Below are positions 40,082 through 51,192 of a DNA stretch of 64,000 nt, piece by piece. The DNA is from Candidatus Moraniibacteriota bacterium (lineage in GTDB: Bacteria > Patescibacteriota > Minisyncoccia > Moranbacterales > GCA-2747515), in the NCBI GenBank assembly GCA_038208115.1, contig JBBQZC010000005.1, positions 667 through 64,666 on the forward strand, written 5' to 3'. Under the pieces are notes generated by a model. That model ran no database searches and was not told the DNA's origin. It saw only the letters and a program-made list of their open reading frames with translations. Position 1 is the stretch's first letter. Each line of letters starts with the position of its first letter. Both the position numbers and the translations under genes were made by a program.

Positions 40082-40263
40082 GACGAATGGTCTATTGTAA
40101 GAATTTTATATATCTAGCTCGAATAGTATCCTCAATTTTTATGAAAAGACTTAAACGAAACTGCATGTAATGTCAAACCGTCACATGATAGTCATAAAGA
40201 CTAACCATGTACTTTTATTTATATCGACAGTAAAAATAACTCTATCACGCAAAACGCGCAGTG

Positions 40264-40587
40264 CTACATTTTGACCTCAATACTCACGCCAGCAGGAAGA
40301 TCAAGATTTGTTAGATCTTCAATCGTCTTTTGCGATGGATTGATAATATCGATCAAACGTTTATGCGTACGCATCTCATATTGTTCTCGTGCATTCTTAT
40401 GCACAAAAGTTGACTTATTCACAGTCACCTTTTTAATGTGAGTTGGTAGTGGCACTGGACCAGACACGCTAGATCCTGTTCGCACTGCTGCCTCCACAAT
40501 TTGCTTTGCGGATTTGTCAATAATCTTACTATCGTATGCCTTGATTTTAATACGCACACGCGTTGTTGCTTCTTCTTTTTTCGCCAT
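40264..40587 (-). CDS. rpsJ: 30S ribosomal protein S10
   Basis: [30 protein letters not shown]. Confidence 0.97.
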   Translation of the reverse strand: MAKKEEATTRVRIKIKAYDSKIIDKSAKQIVEAAVRTGSSVSGPVPLPTHIKKVTVNKSTFVHKNAREQYEMRTHKRLIDIINPSQKTIEDLTNLDLPAGVSIEVKM

Positions 40588-40684
40588 TGCGAATTTTCAC
40601 CTACTTACAAATTATTTCCCAGATATTTCATGAGAAAAGGGAGAGTTGCAAAATCTTTTTGCAACTGTCCACTTTTTTCATCAA

Positions 40685-41878
40685 CTATTTGACGATTTTT
40701 GTTACTACTCCAGCACCTACAGTACGTCCACCTTCGCGAATAGCGAATCGCATACCATCTTCAAGTGCTACTTCAGAACCAAGTCTCACAACCAATGTAA
40801 TTGTATCCCCAGGCATAACCATTTCAGTTCCTTCTGGAAGAATTACCTCACCTGTTACATCTGTTGTGCGAATATAAAATTGTGGTTTATATCCTTTGAA
40901 AAATGGTGTATGTCGTCCACCCTCTTCTTTTGTAAGAATATATACTTCACATTCAAATTCAGTATGTGGAGTGATGCTTCCTGTTTTTGCTAATACCTGT
41001 CCGCGCTCGACATCTTCCTTCTTTGTACCACGCAATAACACACCAGCATTATCTCCCGCCTCACCATGATCAAGTGATTTATTGAACATTTCAATCCCAG
41101 TTACAGTCGTCTTTTGTGTTGGACGAAGTCCAACGATCTCAACTTCTGTGCCTACATTGATTTGTCCGCGCTCGATGCGTCCAGTCACAACTGTACCACG
41201 ACCTTCAATTGAGAAAATGTCCTCAATAGGCATCAAGAAATCCTTGTCCATATCACGTTCTGGCTGAGGAATTTTTGCATCAAGTGCTGCAACGAGATCA
41301 AGAATAGGCTTTGCATCTTCATCATCTATACTCTTTGATACTAATGCCTTTGTTGCACTTCCGCGCACCACAGCTGCGTTATCCCCATCAAATTCATATT
41401 TTGTCAAGAGTTCACGAATTTCTTCCTCTACTAATTCTACCAATTCTGCATCATCTACCATGTCAACTTTGTTGATAAACACAACAATCTCAGGAACACC
41501 TACTTGACGTGCAAGCAAAATATGCTCTCGCGTTTGTGGCATCGGTCCATCTGTTGCACTCACAACAAGGATTGCACCGTCCATTTGAGCAGCACCCGTA
41601 ATCATATTTTTGATATAATCAGCATGTCCAGGACAATCTACGTGTGCATAATGTCGACTATCTGATTGATATTCGCAATGTGCAGTAGCAATAGTAATAC
41701 CACGCTCACGTTCCTCAGGCGCCTTATCAATTTCATCAACACCTTTTTCTACTGCAAGACCTTTCATTGAAAGAACATGCAAAAGAGCTGCCGTTGTTGT
41801 TGTCTTACCATGATCTACGTGACCAATCGTTCCCACATTCACATGTGGTTTACTTCGATCAAATACTTCTTGAGCCAT
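40685..41878 (-). CDS. tuf: Elongation factor Tu
   Basis: [21 protein letters not shown]; start placed at MAQEVFDR. Confidence 0.98.
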   Translation of the reverse strand: MAQEVFDRSKPHVNVGTIGHVDHGKTTTTAALLHVLSMKGLAVEKGVDEIDKAPEERERGITIATAHCEYQSDSRHYAHVDCPGHADYIKNMITGAAQMDGAILVVSATDGPMPQTREHILLARQVGVPEIVVFINKVDMVDDAELVELVEEEIRELLTKYEFDGDNAAVVRGSATKALVSKSIDDEDAKPILDLVAALDAKIPQPERDMDKDFLMPIEDIFSIEGRGTVVTGRIERGQINVGTEVEIVGLRPTQKTTVTGIEMFNKSLDHGEAGDNAGVLLRGTKKEDVERGQVLAKTGSITPHTEFECEVYILTKEEGGRHTPFFKGYKPQFYIRTTDVTGEVILPEGTEMVMPGDTITLVVRLGSEVALEDGMRFAIREGGRTVGAGVVTKIVK

Positions 41879-42176
41879 AGCTTTTATTTTGTGCAATATA
41901 TTCGCGAAGATCACGCATATATGCAACGTTACATTTAATTACTAATTAATAAAATTTTATTACAAATTTTTTATCTGCATTATAGCATGATCTTTTTACA
42001 GATCTCTTAATACATACAAAAACTAACACTTATTCTAGATAAATTCTATCATCTATGCAAGTGCATTATTTCTATTTCTCGAGTAATCTCAAAACAGTAT
42101 AGACACTTTATCATCAATCGTTTCTCTTGTCAAATATTTCTGTTATACATCTTTTTTATGCTATTTTGAACAACAT

Positions 42177-42782
42177 TTATTCTAATATGCCATCCAAATT
42201 CACATCATATAAAATCGCATCCTGTATCAAACGATAATTTGTAATTTCTCCTTCTTTGAACCACAGAGCAATTTCTCTCTCAGCCTCTAGAGGGTTTTCT
42301 GAACAATGTACCAAATTGCGCACGGCTCGACCATCTAGACCTGCCAAAGCATATGAATCAATAGTAAAATCTGCACGAATCGTTCCTATATCAGCAGTAA
42401 GAGGCTCAGTCCCTCCAACAAGCTTTGCGACCACTCCAGTTGCGCCATTCCCTTCAACAACCATTGCTAATACTGGTCCAGATGTCATGAACTTTATCAA
42501 ATGTCGTAATATGTCCTTCCCATATTCAATCGCTGGTTTTTCTACAGTCATGCCTCGCGCTTCCATCTCACGCACAATATTACCACCTTTTTTTTCAAAC
42601 CATTCGTCATCTTTATTATAATGCTTCCAAAGTGTCTCTTCCTCTAGAACAGTAAATTTCATTGCAATGAACTTCAAACCTGTTCTCTCAATTCTTGTGA
42701 TAATTTCTCCCATCAATGATCGTTGTATTGCATCAGGCTTAAGAATTACCAATGATTTTTCTTTAATTGCTGGATTTACCAT
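42177..42782 (-). CDS. ndk: Nucleoside diphosphate kinase
   Basis: LKPDA, SGPV, GTIR.DF, NLVHCS. Confidence 0.92.
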   Translation of the reverse strand: MVNPAIKEKSLVILKPDAIQRSLMGEIITRIERTGLKFIAMKFTVLEEETLWKHYNKDDEWFEKKGGNIVREMEARGMTVEKPAIEYGKDILRHLIKFMTSGPVLAMVVEGNGATGVVAKLVGGTEPLTADIGTIRADFTIDSYALAGLDGRAVRNLVHCSENPLEAEREIALWFKEGEITNYRLIQDAILYDVNLDGILE

Positions 42783-42864
42783 ATTTTTAAATTATCGATT
42801 AATAATTAACTCTAAAAATAATATATTGTTATAGATATTATCATGCTTTTTGAAATTCGTCACC

Positions 42865-43719
42865 TTATTCGATAAATAACTCACATCTCATACTCTTGCA
42901 ACGATACATAATTGAGCCATTTTTATCTGTGCGGTATATTTGCCCAGCACTTTCACTAATACGTTCCAAAACCTCCGCATGAGGATGTCCGTATCGATTA
43001 TCTTCTCCGACCGAGATAATCACATCACGCGGTCTTGTCTTTTCAAGAAAAACAGAACTTGTAGATGTAGAAGATCCATGATGTCCAGCCTTGACTACAG
43101 TAATAGACTCATCAAGTAACAAATCGTCTTCATGTATTGACGGAAGGTCCCCTCCGAGATAAAATTTTTCCTCACCAATCGTTACAACCATTGCAATACA
43201 TGATTCATTAATATCCTCTGATACAATAGTCTGTTGTTCATAGGGATAAATAGTTTTTATCTTTATGTCACGACCCACATCTGCAGATACTCCATAATGC
43301 ACGATCCTAGATGTTATACCAGATTCATCTGCCACTGCACGCATGATCGCATGATAAACGGAAGTATCTTTACCTGTATCCGTTGTCCAAAATTGCTGCA
43401 CTGTATAATTTTTGAATACACCAACGAGACCGTCTATATGATCGCTATCTGGATGTGTTGCTACTACAATATCAATTGTTCGATCCCAAAACGGAATATA
43501 GCGACTCAATTCTTCTTGTAAAACTTTTGTATCCGAACCTCCATCAACGAGTACTTGATGCGTTCCTTGTGTAATGAGTATCGCATCCCCTTGCCCTACG
43601 TCCAAAAAGATAATAGACGCATCATCGATATGTATGATATGCCATATGATCATACTACACATACCAATAATACTTAGGGCAATAGCTATGCCACCATAAA
43701 TCATTTTTCTATGTATCAT
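42865..43719 (-). CDS. ComEC/Rec2 metallo-beta-lactamase-fold protein
   Basis: FLDVGQGDA, THPDSDH, HHGS, NRYGHPH, RTD..G. Confidence 0.9.
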   Translation of the reverse strand: MIHRKMIYGGIAIALSIIGMCSMIIWHIIHIDDASIIFLDVGQGDAILITQGTHQVLVDGGSDTKVLQEELSRYIPFWDRTIDIVVATHPDSDHIDGLVGVFKNYTVQQFWTTDTGKDTSVYHAIMRAVADESGITSRIVHYGVSADVGRDIKIKTIYPYEQQTIVSEDINESCIAMVVTIGEEKFYLGGDLPSIHEDDLLLDESITVVKAGHHGSSTSTSSVFLEKTRPRDVIISVGEDNRYGHPHAEVLERISESAGQIYRTDKNGSIMYRCKSMRCELFIE

Positions 43720-45161
43720 AAATTTTTATGTAAACGAATCAAGAAAATACTCACAATACAATAATACAAAACAATCCCTACTGGATAAATTGTTTCAATA
43801 TGAATGCTACTCCATGATAACTGTGCAAAAAATGAAATCACAGCAATCTCATATGCAAGTAAATAATATGCCATCCATCCACATATCAAAGCAATCGGTG
43901 CATATATATAATAGAAAATGATTAGTAATAAAACCAAAAGCATAACAAACGGAATAATTGGTAACACTAATATATTCACAACAAGTGATATTGGTGTAAA
44001 AGTATAAAAATGTAAAGCGATGATAGGAATTACAAATATTTGTGCACTAAGAGTAAGCAGAATCATTTCAATAATGCCAAATGCAAATCTCTTACTCACA
44101 AAATACCGTTCTAGTATAGGATATGTTGAGATGATTCCAAGCGTCGCTAAAAATGATAATTGAAAACCGATATCATATCGTAAAATCAACGGATTATATA
44201 CAAGCATAATCGCCCCAGCAAATACCAGAGCACCATATGCATGCGTAACACGTCCGTAGACACCTGCAATGAGCACCATGATACCCATGATACCTGCTCG
44301 CACACCAGATGATGGAAAACCAATCAATGCAATAAAAAATACAATACTTCCGATCGCAATATACACAGCGTATTTTCTTCGGAATCCAACAAATAATACA
44401 AATCCCATCACAGCAGCCACAATCACCGACACATTATACCCTGAAACAGCAACAATATGCGTCATACCAACTAATGCAAACTGATCTTGAATTTTTTCTG
44501 ATAATCGATTTCCGCCGCCAAACAGCAGACCGTTTGCCAACGCTGACTCTGGTGCAGGTATTATCTGATCGACAATATGTTCCACGCCATAGCGAAACTC
44601 TGAAATCTTTTTTGACACACGATCCATTTTCCCATTTATTTCATAAGAATAATCCTCACACATAAAATAGATATCATGCATCACTAAATACATATGATAA
44701 TCAAATTCAACAGACGGTTCTGGCAAAGCGAGTGTGCATGTCAAAATAATGTGATCACCTCGTGACACAAGAGGATATTTTTCATCTTTGATCATGACTG
44801 AATAATCTTGATCCACATATCGTGCAGTTACTTGCGAATACCATTCTTTTTGTTCTATATCACGATTGATCACTGCTTCACCGACCAATTTTTGTCCAAC
44901 AAATGTATCCATGCTTTTTATGTGATTTTTTTGTGCATCCATAATCACAACACCTATACCTATAAAAAGAATGTACACACTCAACATCCACATTTTTTTA
45001 CTGCGATTGAACAACGTGAGGAGTGCAATAATGATACTTGCTATACATAATAAAAATCCATCACAAGATGGATGAAAAAAAGAATAGAAACCAATACCAC
45101 AGATCACGCCCAAAGAGCTCGCCAGAACGATGCGGGAAATATGTGGCAAAATAGTAAACAT
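43716..45161 (-). CDS. comEC: ComEC/Rec2 competence channel (membrane part)
   Basis: G..HIVAVSGYN, S.VRA.IM, GFQLSFLAT. Confidence 0.92.
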   Translation of the reverse strand: MFTILPHISRIVLASSLGVICGIGFYSFFHPSCDGFLLCIASIIIALLTLFNRSKKMWMLSVYILFIGIGVVIMDAQKNHIKSMDTFVGQKLVGEAVINRDIEQKEWYSQVTARYVDQDYSVMIKDEKYPLVSRGDHIILTCTLALPEPSVEFDYHMYLVMHDIYFMCEDYSYEINGKMDRVSKKISEFRYGVEHIVDQIIPAPESALANGLLFGGGNRLSEKIQDQFALVGMTHIVAVSGYNVSVIVAAVMGFVLFVGFRRKYAVYIAIGSIVFFIALIGFPSSGVRAGIMGIMVLIAGVYGRVTHAYGALVFAGAIMLVYNPLILRYDIGFQLSFLATLGIISTYPILERYFVSKRFAFGIIEMILLTLSAQIFVIPIIALHFYTFTPISLVVNILVLPIIPFVMLLVLLLIIFYYIYAPIALICGWMAYYLLAYEIAVISFFAQLSWSSIHIETIYPVGIVLYYCIVSIFLIRLHKNL

Positions 45162-45339
45162 AATGATATACCAAAATCACTTTTTATATGAATACGCCAG
45201 CGTACCATAAGTGATCCATATTTTGCAAGTCATACACATTTAGCTCAAATCTTGCAAAGTGCAAAAGTTTACAAAGTCGAAAATTGTAATCGTTATTGTG
45301 ATAAATGAAAATATTGAATTGCATGACTGCTTTGCCGAA

Positions 45340-45558
45340 TCATATATCGATATCGCAAATCTTTTTTCGCGACTTATTTCCCTTCACAATCTGCACACAT
45401 TCTTTCGCAATACCAAAAAATTGTGCAAGCAATTTTTGCACACATGCATTTGCCTTATTATCCACAGGCACTGCAGTTGTTCGCACGACATACACATCAT
45501 CAACGATTTCAACTCCATTTTTATGTGCGCGAGTAATAACTTTTACATCAATACGCAT
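45340..45558 (-). CDS. DUF167/YggU family protein
   Basis: V..TA.PVDNKAN, I.KG.KSRKK. Confidence 0.85.
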   Translation of the reverse strand: MRIDVKVITRAHKNGVEIVDDVYVVRTTAVPVDNKANACVQKLLAQFFGIAKECVQIVKGNKSRKKICDIDI

Positions 45559-45670
45559 CTGAGATAATTAAAAATTAAGAATGAATAATTAAGAATTGCA
45601 AAAACATAACAATTATTTTTTGTCACGAAGTACTTTTTCTTAATTATTAATTTTTCATCAATAATAAGAA

Positions 45671-46126
45671 TCAATCCTGCATCAAATCTTGAATAACTTT
45701 TCTGAAACTATCTGCACTTCCGATGGATTTGTATACACTTGCAAATCGAATAAACGCTACATCATCAACATCTCGCAATTTATCCATAATGATCTTACCA
45801 ATGGTACGACTTTTCATTTCACGCTTTTCTTTTGATTGAATTTCATATTCGATCTCTGCAATGAGTTTTTGGATACGCTCCTCTGTCACTGGTCGTTTTT
45901 CCAAAGCCTTTCGCATACCACGTTCCACTTTTTCACGATTGTATTCCTCCTTAGTGCCATCACGCTTGATCACCGTGAGACGCAAGATCTCAATCTCTTC
46001 ATAGGTCGTAAATCGTTCATTGCATTTGAGACATGCTCGACGTCGACGTACAGCACGACCTTCTTTGATCGTACGCGAATCCACCACTTTTGTTTGTTGC
46101 GGTTTTTTGCAAAATGGACATTTCAT
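45671..46126 (-). CDS. nrdR: Transcriptional repressor NrdR
   Basis: MKCPFC, VVDSR, RRRRACLKC..RFTTYE, FIRFASVY. Confidence 0.96.
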   Translation of the reverse strand: MKCPFCKKPQQTKVVDSRTIKEGRAVRRRRACLKCNERFTTYEEIEILRLTVIKRDGTKEEYNREKVERGMRKALEKRPVTEERIQKLIAEIEYEIQSKEKREMKSRTIGKIIMDKLRDVDDVAFIRFASVYKSIGSADSFRKVIQDLMQD

Positions 46127-46453
46127 AGATGTGAGAAGTAGTAATTAGGAAATAGAATATTGTAATTAATTATATGTCTATACATTATCATTCTTGCACA
46201 TTACCCACAATAAACCAATCAAATGATATTTCTTTATTTTCAATAGCTTTACTGATTTTGATCGTAAATTGATTATTATTGAAATGCTTCCCAGAGATAA
46301 AAAAGGCTAAGAGTGTGTTTTTTTGGGAAAAACATTGGGGATTTAATTATTGTTTCCTTCGTGTATTATATCATGGAAATAAATGGTGGGACAAATAAAA
46401 AAATGTGGCTGACTGATTTTCTTTCATTTTTTTATGATGTGTTTTTTGCGTAC

Positions 46454-46481
46454 AAAAAAAGACGCATTTCTGCGTCTTTTT
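46454..46481 (-). terminator. Rho-independent terminator
   Basis: aaaaagacgca-tttc-tgcgtcttttt. Confidence 0.75.
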
Positions 46482-46490
46482 GACTTAATA

Positions 46491-47198
46491 TTATTTAATC
46501 CATGAAAATGAATCAAGGAGCAACTGAAAATCATGAGAAAAAAATTTATATTGTGCCTCACCACTACCACATGCAATCAGATATGCCTGCCCATCGTGTG
46601 ATGCAATCACCTGCGTCACATGTAGCGTACTTCCAAGTGGATCAACTAATAAAAAATCAACTTGCACAGCATCCTCTCTATCAATCGCAATTCGTTTACT
46701 ATGAAATTCTGACAATCCTTTCACATTTTTTCCGAGATCATTATATATTGCATCACTGATTTCTTGGTCAGTTTTTGCAAAATTGATACCTACTGCATTA
46801 TATCGGATATCACACCCTGTCCGCTGATCTGCATTAAGATGAATTCCTGCGATATAGTCATCACCATATCTATTTTGCGCATCAATATCAATTACATATT
46901 CATCCGTATAGCGAAATTTTATACCAGAATCATCATTTCTATAGCTATGATATTTCATCACTGTGATTGGAGACTGTACACGATACCCCCATAAACCAAA
47001 TTGCTCACTTATGCGCCCCCCTATTAACAACACTGCCCCGCCTAAACACAGCGCGCAAATTATTATTAATAGATTATATCGTTTTTTTTTGATGTCCAAA
47101 ACAGGAGTCACACTATCACGCGTGTTTTCTTCTGCTACAATATGATCATCATTTCTTTCTTCTTTTTTGTTTTTTTCATCTCTTTCTTGTGATTCCAT
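46491..47198 (-). CDS. Membrane-anchored hypothetical protein, possible PsbP/Mog1-like fold
   Basis: Single TM, Y.N...GIKFRY, C-terminal F..LLDSFSW. Confidence 0.6.
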   Translation of the reverse strand: MESQERDEKNKKEERNDDHIVAEENTRDSVTPVLDIKKKRYNLLIIICALCLGGAVLLIGGRISEQFGLWGYRVQSPITVMKYHSYRNDDSGIKFRYTDEYVIDIDAQNRYGDDYIAGIHLNADQRTGCDIRYNAVGINFAKTDQEISDAIYNDLGKNVKGLSEFHSKRIAIDREDAVQVDFLLVDPLGSTLHVTQVIASHDGQAYLIACGSGEAQYKFFSHDFQLLLDSFSWIK

Positions 47199-47390
47199 AA
47201 TATGATTTTATTATTGAATTTATGCTGATCTCATACTTATACTCTGATGTTAGCTACCAGAAAACCTAGCCCCAACATCAGAGAAAAGTTTTTGATTATT
47301 ACTCTTTCGTAATTATCTCACATCTTGTATATATGTGAAATGCATTTTAATAAAGAGAATATCATTTTATGCATGCATAACACAAATCTA

Positions 47391-50300
47391 TTAGTCCTTT
47401 ATCACAGCGTTCCAATCGTTACTGCCAGTACATACATATAAATATGCCTTTGTACTATTGCCCCCGACTGTTTCTGTGCCGCCATTTGTTTTGATAAATA
47501 ATTCACCTGTAGAACATCCTCCAGGGAGTGACGAACCGCTTGCGATACGTAATTTACCCGACGTAGTATCTACCGTGCCGTCTACATCAACATCCTCTAC
47601 ATTTTCGATATTCTTACCATTCATATCGATACCACCATCTGCCGTCAGTTTACCTTCGAGATTTAAACCACCCGATGCTGTAAAACCTGTGCCTGTATTA
47701 CCAATGTTTGTGATCAGATTATTATGCATGTTAATTGCGCTACGAAAATCTGAGTTACCAGTAATATCCACGCCACCAGCGATAACAGTGAGTTTATCGC
47801 CTATCGTTACCGTTCCGCCAAACGCACCGTTGCGATCAACATCCAAATCGGCATGTCCGCCACCTGAGTTTGTTACAGTTAATATCGTATGTGATCCATC
47901 ACTTAAATCTATTGAACGTGAATTATCAAAAGTAATATTTCCGTTCATTTCGATTGCAGTGAAGTCTGCATTACCATTTGCCTTTATGCCCCAATTTCCA
48001 CTATCAATTCCTACAGATGCTGAAGGATTACCGATCACAATCTTAGCAGCATCTGCTCCTGCAGTGCCGAGATTGATTATCGAAGGTGTGCCACTTGTAT
48101 TATCAGAATTCGTAAGTCCAGACAAAAAGTTGATTGCATCTGCATAAATCGTTGACCAACGACTCCCTGCCGTGCCAAGTGAACCACCAGTTATACTGCC
48201 TTCTACATGGAGATTTGCTTTGCCACCTCCTGTATTTTGGATGAATACATCAGAATCCGAACCATTATTACCAACTGAGAGCGCCATCGAATCATCTGAT
48301 GAAATAATGTCACCATTTTCTACTGTCGTGACACCATCAGTCAAAGAATTTGCACTCACATCACCAGTTGTCACAATGTCAGTTGAGCCATTGAGATCCT
48401 GTCCGATAATAGTTCCGTCTTGGATTTCATCAGTTGTTACTGCATCACTTGCAATTTTTTCATTTGTAACGCTTCCATCAGCCAATTTTACAGTTGTTAC
48501 AGCATTATCAGCGATTTTTGCAGTTGTTACTGCACCATCTGCGAGATGCGCAGGAGTGATTGCACTATCAGCAATCTTACCGCCTGTAATTGTTGCATCG
48601 GCGATTTTTGCAGTAATCACACTACCATCGGCAAGTTTTGCAGAAGTCACTACACTATCCACGATTTTAGCGGTTGTTACACTGTCGTCAGCGAGTTTAA
48701 TATCTGTAACTGCGCCATCGGCGATCTTTGCTGTTGTAATACTACCATCTACAAGATTAACTGTGACTACGGCACCATCGGCAATCTTGCCATTGACGAT
48801 TGCACCATCAATGAGCTTTATTGATGTGACGCTATTATCTGCAAGTTTTGCTGTTGTAATAATACCATCTGCAAGATCTGCAGCTTGCACTGTTCCATCA
48901 ATGATCTTTGCAGTTGTAACACTATCATCAGCCAATTTCAATGTTGTGATAGAGCCATCAGCAATTTTTGAACCAACAATTGCTGCATCCAAAATTTTAC
49001 CTGTTGTCACACTATCATCAGCAAGATGTGCTGTCGTCACTGCGAGAAATTCGATCTTTGAACTTGAAACGCTCCCATCAGCAAGTTTAATATTTGTCAC
49101 TGCATTATCTGCAATTTTTGTTGTTATGACACTCCCATCAGCAAGTTGAGTCATTGCAATCGCACCATCAGCGATTTTGCCTCCAGTGATTGTACCATCT
49201 TGGATCTTTGATGTGATGATACTGCCATCAGCAAGTTTCGTGGAAATAATTGCACCATCTGCAATTTGCAATGAACCCACACCGCTATCAGCAATACCAA
49301 TTGTATCAACTCCCACTTCGATACCTGTACCTGCGCCGACATTTAATGTCACTGTGCCAATATTACCTCCCCCAGTCATACCGTCTCCAGCAACAACATC
49401 AGTAATAGACGTAATGAGCGAAGAAATCGTCCATGTACCATCCATATTATTTGTAACAGAAGTATTTGGTCCTGCCACTATCGATTTAACCATACTTCCA
49501 TCAGAAGCAAGTTTATCACCAGTCAATGTACCGTCTGCAACTTGTGCGCCAGTGATCGTTCCTATGACCTTAGACGCACCAATACCAGTAATCCACGTCG
49601 GATCACTATATGTGCCTGTTGTGTACACACCATTTGTAACAGTATCTGCATTTCCAAAAAGATTTCCTGTCACATCACCAATAACATTACCCATAAGATC
49701 ACCGACAAAAGCTAACGCTGTGATACTTCCTGTAGTCGTCGCGTTGCCGCCGGCGATTGTCATTGTTCCATCAGTAAAAGACAACGCATTGATTGCGCCT
49801 GTTGTATTGATTGTGATATCTGCTGCAATCTTATTACCCGTAATTTCTTGATCACCAATCTTTGCATTTGTGATTGCACCATCAGCAATTTTTGCCGTAA
49901 CTACACTACCATCTGCCAGAGAAATTGTTGTAACCGCACCGTTTGCAAGCTTACCACTTGTAACTGCACCATCTTCGATCTTTGCAGTAGCAACGGCACC
50001 ATCAGATATCTTAATACCAGTTACTGCATTATCAGCGATCTTTGCTGTTGTAATTGCATCATTTTCGATTTTACTTGTTGCTACACTACCATCAGCTAGT
50101 TTTGTGCCAACGACAGCGCCATTTTCGATCTTTGCAGTTGTAACGCTTCCATTTGCCAATGTGACAGACAATATTGCACCATCAGCAATTTTACCTGATG
50201 TGATCGTACCATCCACTAATTTTGCACCAACAACCGTTCCATCCGCCAATTTCATTCCAACAATTGCACCATCACGCAAATCAGATGATTTGATTTTACC

Positions 50301-50567
50301 TTTCAAGTTCAGTTTTTTATATGCGATATTTGCGTTATTTGACACATCCTTATTCGTGATGCGTCGTGATATCACTTCGATATAATTTGCACCTTGTTGA
50401 AAATATCCTATAACCTTTTCTTGACGTGTTTTAGCCTCTACTGAAGCAAAAACTGACCCAAAAACAACCAAGGCACAAAAAAAAGCTCCTGTGACTCTGG
50501 TCATTTTGGAGTAACCCCGTTTTTGAGAAATTGAAGATTTATTACTTCTTTTTTCCGTAACGCTCAT
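47391..50567 (-). CDS. Large secreted decapeptide-repeat (IADGAVTTAK-type, WIAG-tail-like) surface or fibre protein
   Basis: Signal/TM; two blocks of 10-aa repeats; Gly/Asn-rich beta-type C-terminus ending C..GEL ... LYVC...N.W. Confidence 0.8.
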   Translation of the reverse strand: MSVTEKRSNKSSISQKRGYSKMTRVTGAFFCALVVFGSVFASVEAKTRQEKVIGYFQQGANYIEVISRRITNKDVSNNANIAYKKLNLKGKIKSSDLRDGAIVGMKLADGTVVGAKLVDGTITSGKIADGAILSVTLANGSVTTAKIENGAVVGTKLADGSVATSKIENDAITTAKIADNAVTGIKISDGAVATAKIEDGAVTSGKLANGAVTTISLADGSVVTAKIADGAITNAKIGDQEITGNKIAADITINTTGAINALSFTDGTMTIAGGNATTTGSITALAFVGDLMGNVIGDVTGNLFGNADTVTNGVYTTGTYSDPTWITGIGASKVIGTITGAQVADGTLTGDKLASDGSMVKSIVAGPNTSVTNNMDGTWTISSLITSITDVVAGDGMTGGGNIGTVTLNVGAGTGIEVGVDTIGIADSGVGSLQIADGAIISTKLADGSIITSKIQDGTITGGKIADGAIAMTQLADGSVITTKIADNAVTNIKLADGSVSSSKIEFLAVTTAHLADDSVTTGKILDAAIVGSKIADGSITTLKLADDSVTTAKIIDGTVQAADLADGIITTAKLADNSVTSIKLIDGAIVNGKIADGAVVTVNLVDGSITTAKIADGAVTDIKLADDSVTTAKIVDSVVTSAKLADGSVITAKIADATITGGKIADSAITPAHLADGAVTTAKIADNAVTTVKLADGSVTNEKIASDAVTTDEIQDGTIIGQDLNGSTDIVTTGDVSANSLTDGVTTVENGDIISSDDSMALSVGNNGSDSDVFIQNTGGGKANLHVEGSITGGSLGTAGSRWSTIYADAINFLSGLTNSDNTSGTPSIINLGTAGADAAKIVIGNPSASVGIDSGNWGIKANGNADFTAIEMNGNITFDNSRSIDLSDGSHTILTVTNSGGGHADLDVDRNGAFGGTVTIGDKLTVIAGGVDITGNSDFRSAINMHNNLITNIGNTGTGFTASGGLNLEGKLTADGGIDMNGKNIENVEDVDVDGTVDTTSGKLRIASGSSLPGGCSTGELFIKTNGGTETVGGNSTKAYLYVCTGSNDWNAVIKD

Positions 50568-50628
50568 ATATGATATATGATTAATAATAACGCAGTCAAT
50601 GAAATGAAAACTTCATTGAAAACCATTC

Positions 50629-50657
50629 ATTATACACCATAAGTTACATTATGTCAA
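50629..50657 (-). promoter_or_regulatory. Consensus sigma70 promoter for the repeat protein
   Basis: TTGACA-17 nt-TATAAT. Confidence 0.8.
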
Positions 50658-50699
50658 GTATATGTCTTAATGTAAATTCAATAATCTTCTCAAAAAAAC

Positions 50700-50732
50700 A
50701 GACTCTATGAAGAATTATTCTTCATAGAGTCT
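50700..50732 (-). terminator. 16-bp perfect inverted repeat terminator
   Basis: agactctatgaagaat-t-attcttcatagagtct; followed by gttttttt on the minus strand. Confidence 0.8.
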
Positions 50733-50743
50733 CTTACCCAGAA

Positions 50744-51097
50744 TTAGAGACGCTCCATAACCTCGATGATTACTGGCTTATCCCTATAATACGCTTTGAT
50801 CTCTTTGATTGCTTTCTCAACTCGTCTTCTACCAAATGGGTCAAAAAACATTCGCGCAAGCATGCCTTGTGCTGATACTCGTCGTCTTGCATAATGCCAC
50901 CCGTTTTTGTCATATGCCACATACGTGATGCCATTTTCTCGATGCTCTACGCAAGCATCATCTTGCACAATGCACGAAGGCTGAAGTGATATCCGACTGA
51001 TATCCAGCCTGCAAACATCAGATAGGATTTTTGCCGCTAGATCGGGACTTTCAAAAAAATACCCGGACGACGTTGTAAATGATTTTTTTTTACTCAT
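50744..51097 (-). CDS. Hypothetical protein
   Basis: AGGGAG SD before ATG 51097 (MSKKKS); own promoter and terminator. Confidence 0.65.
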   Translation of the reverse strand: MSKKKSFTTSSGYFFESPDLAAKILSDVCRLDISRISLQPSCIVQDDACVEHRENGITYVAYDKNGWHYARRRVSAQGMLARMFFDPFGRRRVEKAIKEIKAYYRDKPVIIEVMERL

Positions 51098-51151
51098 TCT
51101 TTGAAACTCCCTTTGTAGAAATGACTCTAAAAAAATAATACACAAGTTATA

Positions 51152-51180
51152 ATTATATTTTATATTTTTTATATTGTCAA
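51152..51180 (-). promoter_or_regulatory. Consensus sigma70 promoter
   Basis: TTGACA-17 nt-TATAAT. Confidence 0.8.
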
Positions 51181-51192
51181 TATTCAATCGAA

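Noticed and set aside
46130-46450. NrdR boxes or a riboswitch upstream of nrdR
   Set aside because: No adequate match to the NrdR palindrome and no clear aptamer
48420-50300. CRISPR-like 30-nt periodicity
   Set aside because: Degenerate coding repeats with no unique spacers and no cas genes
47458-50385. Long plus-strand ORFs (229, 325, 224 and 171 aa)
   Set aside because: Antisense shadows of the repeat protein
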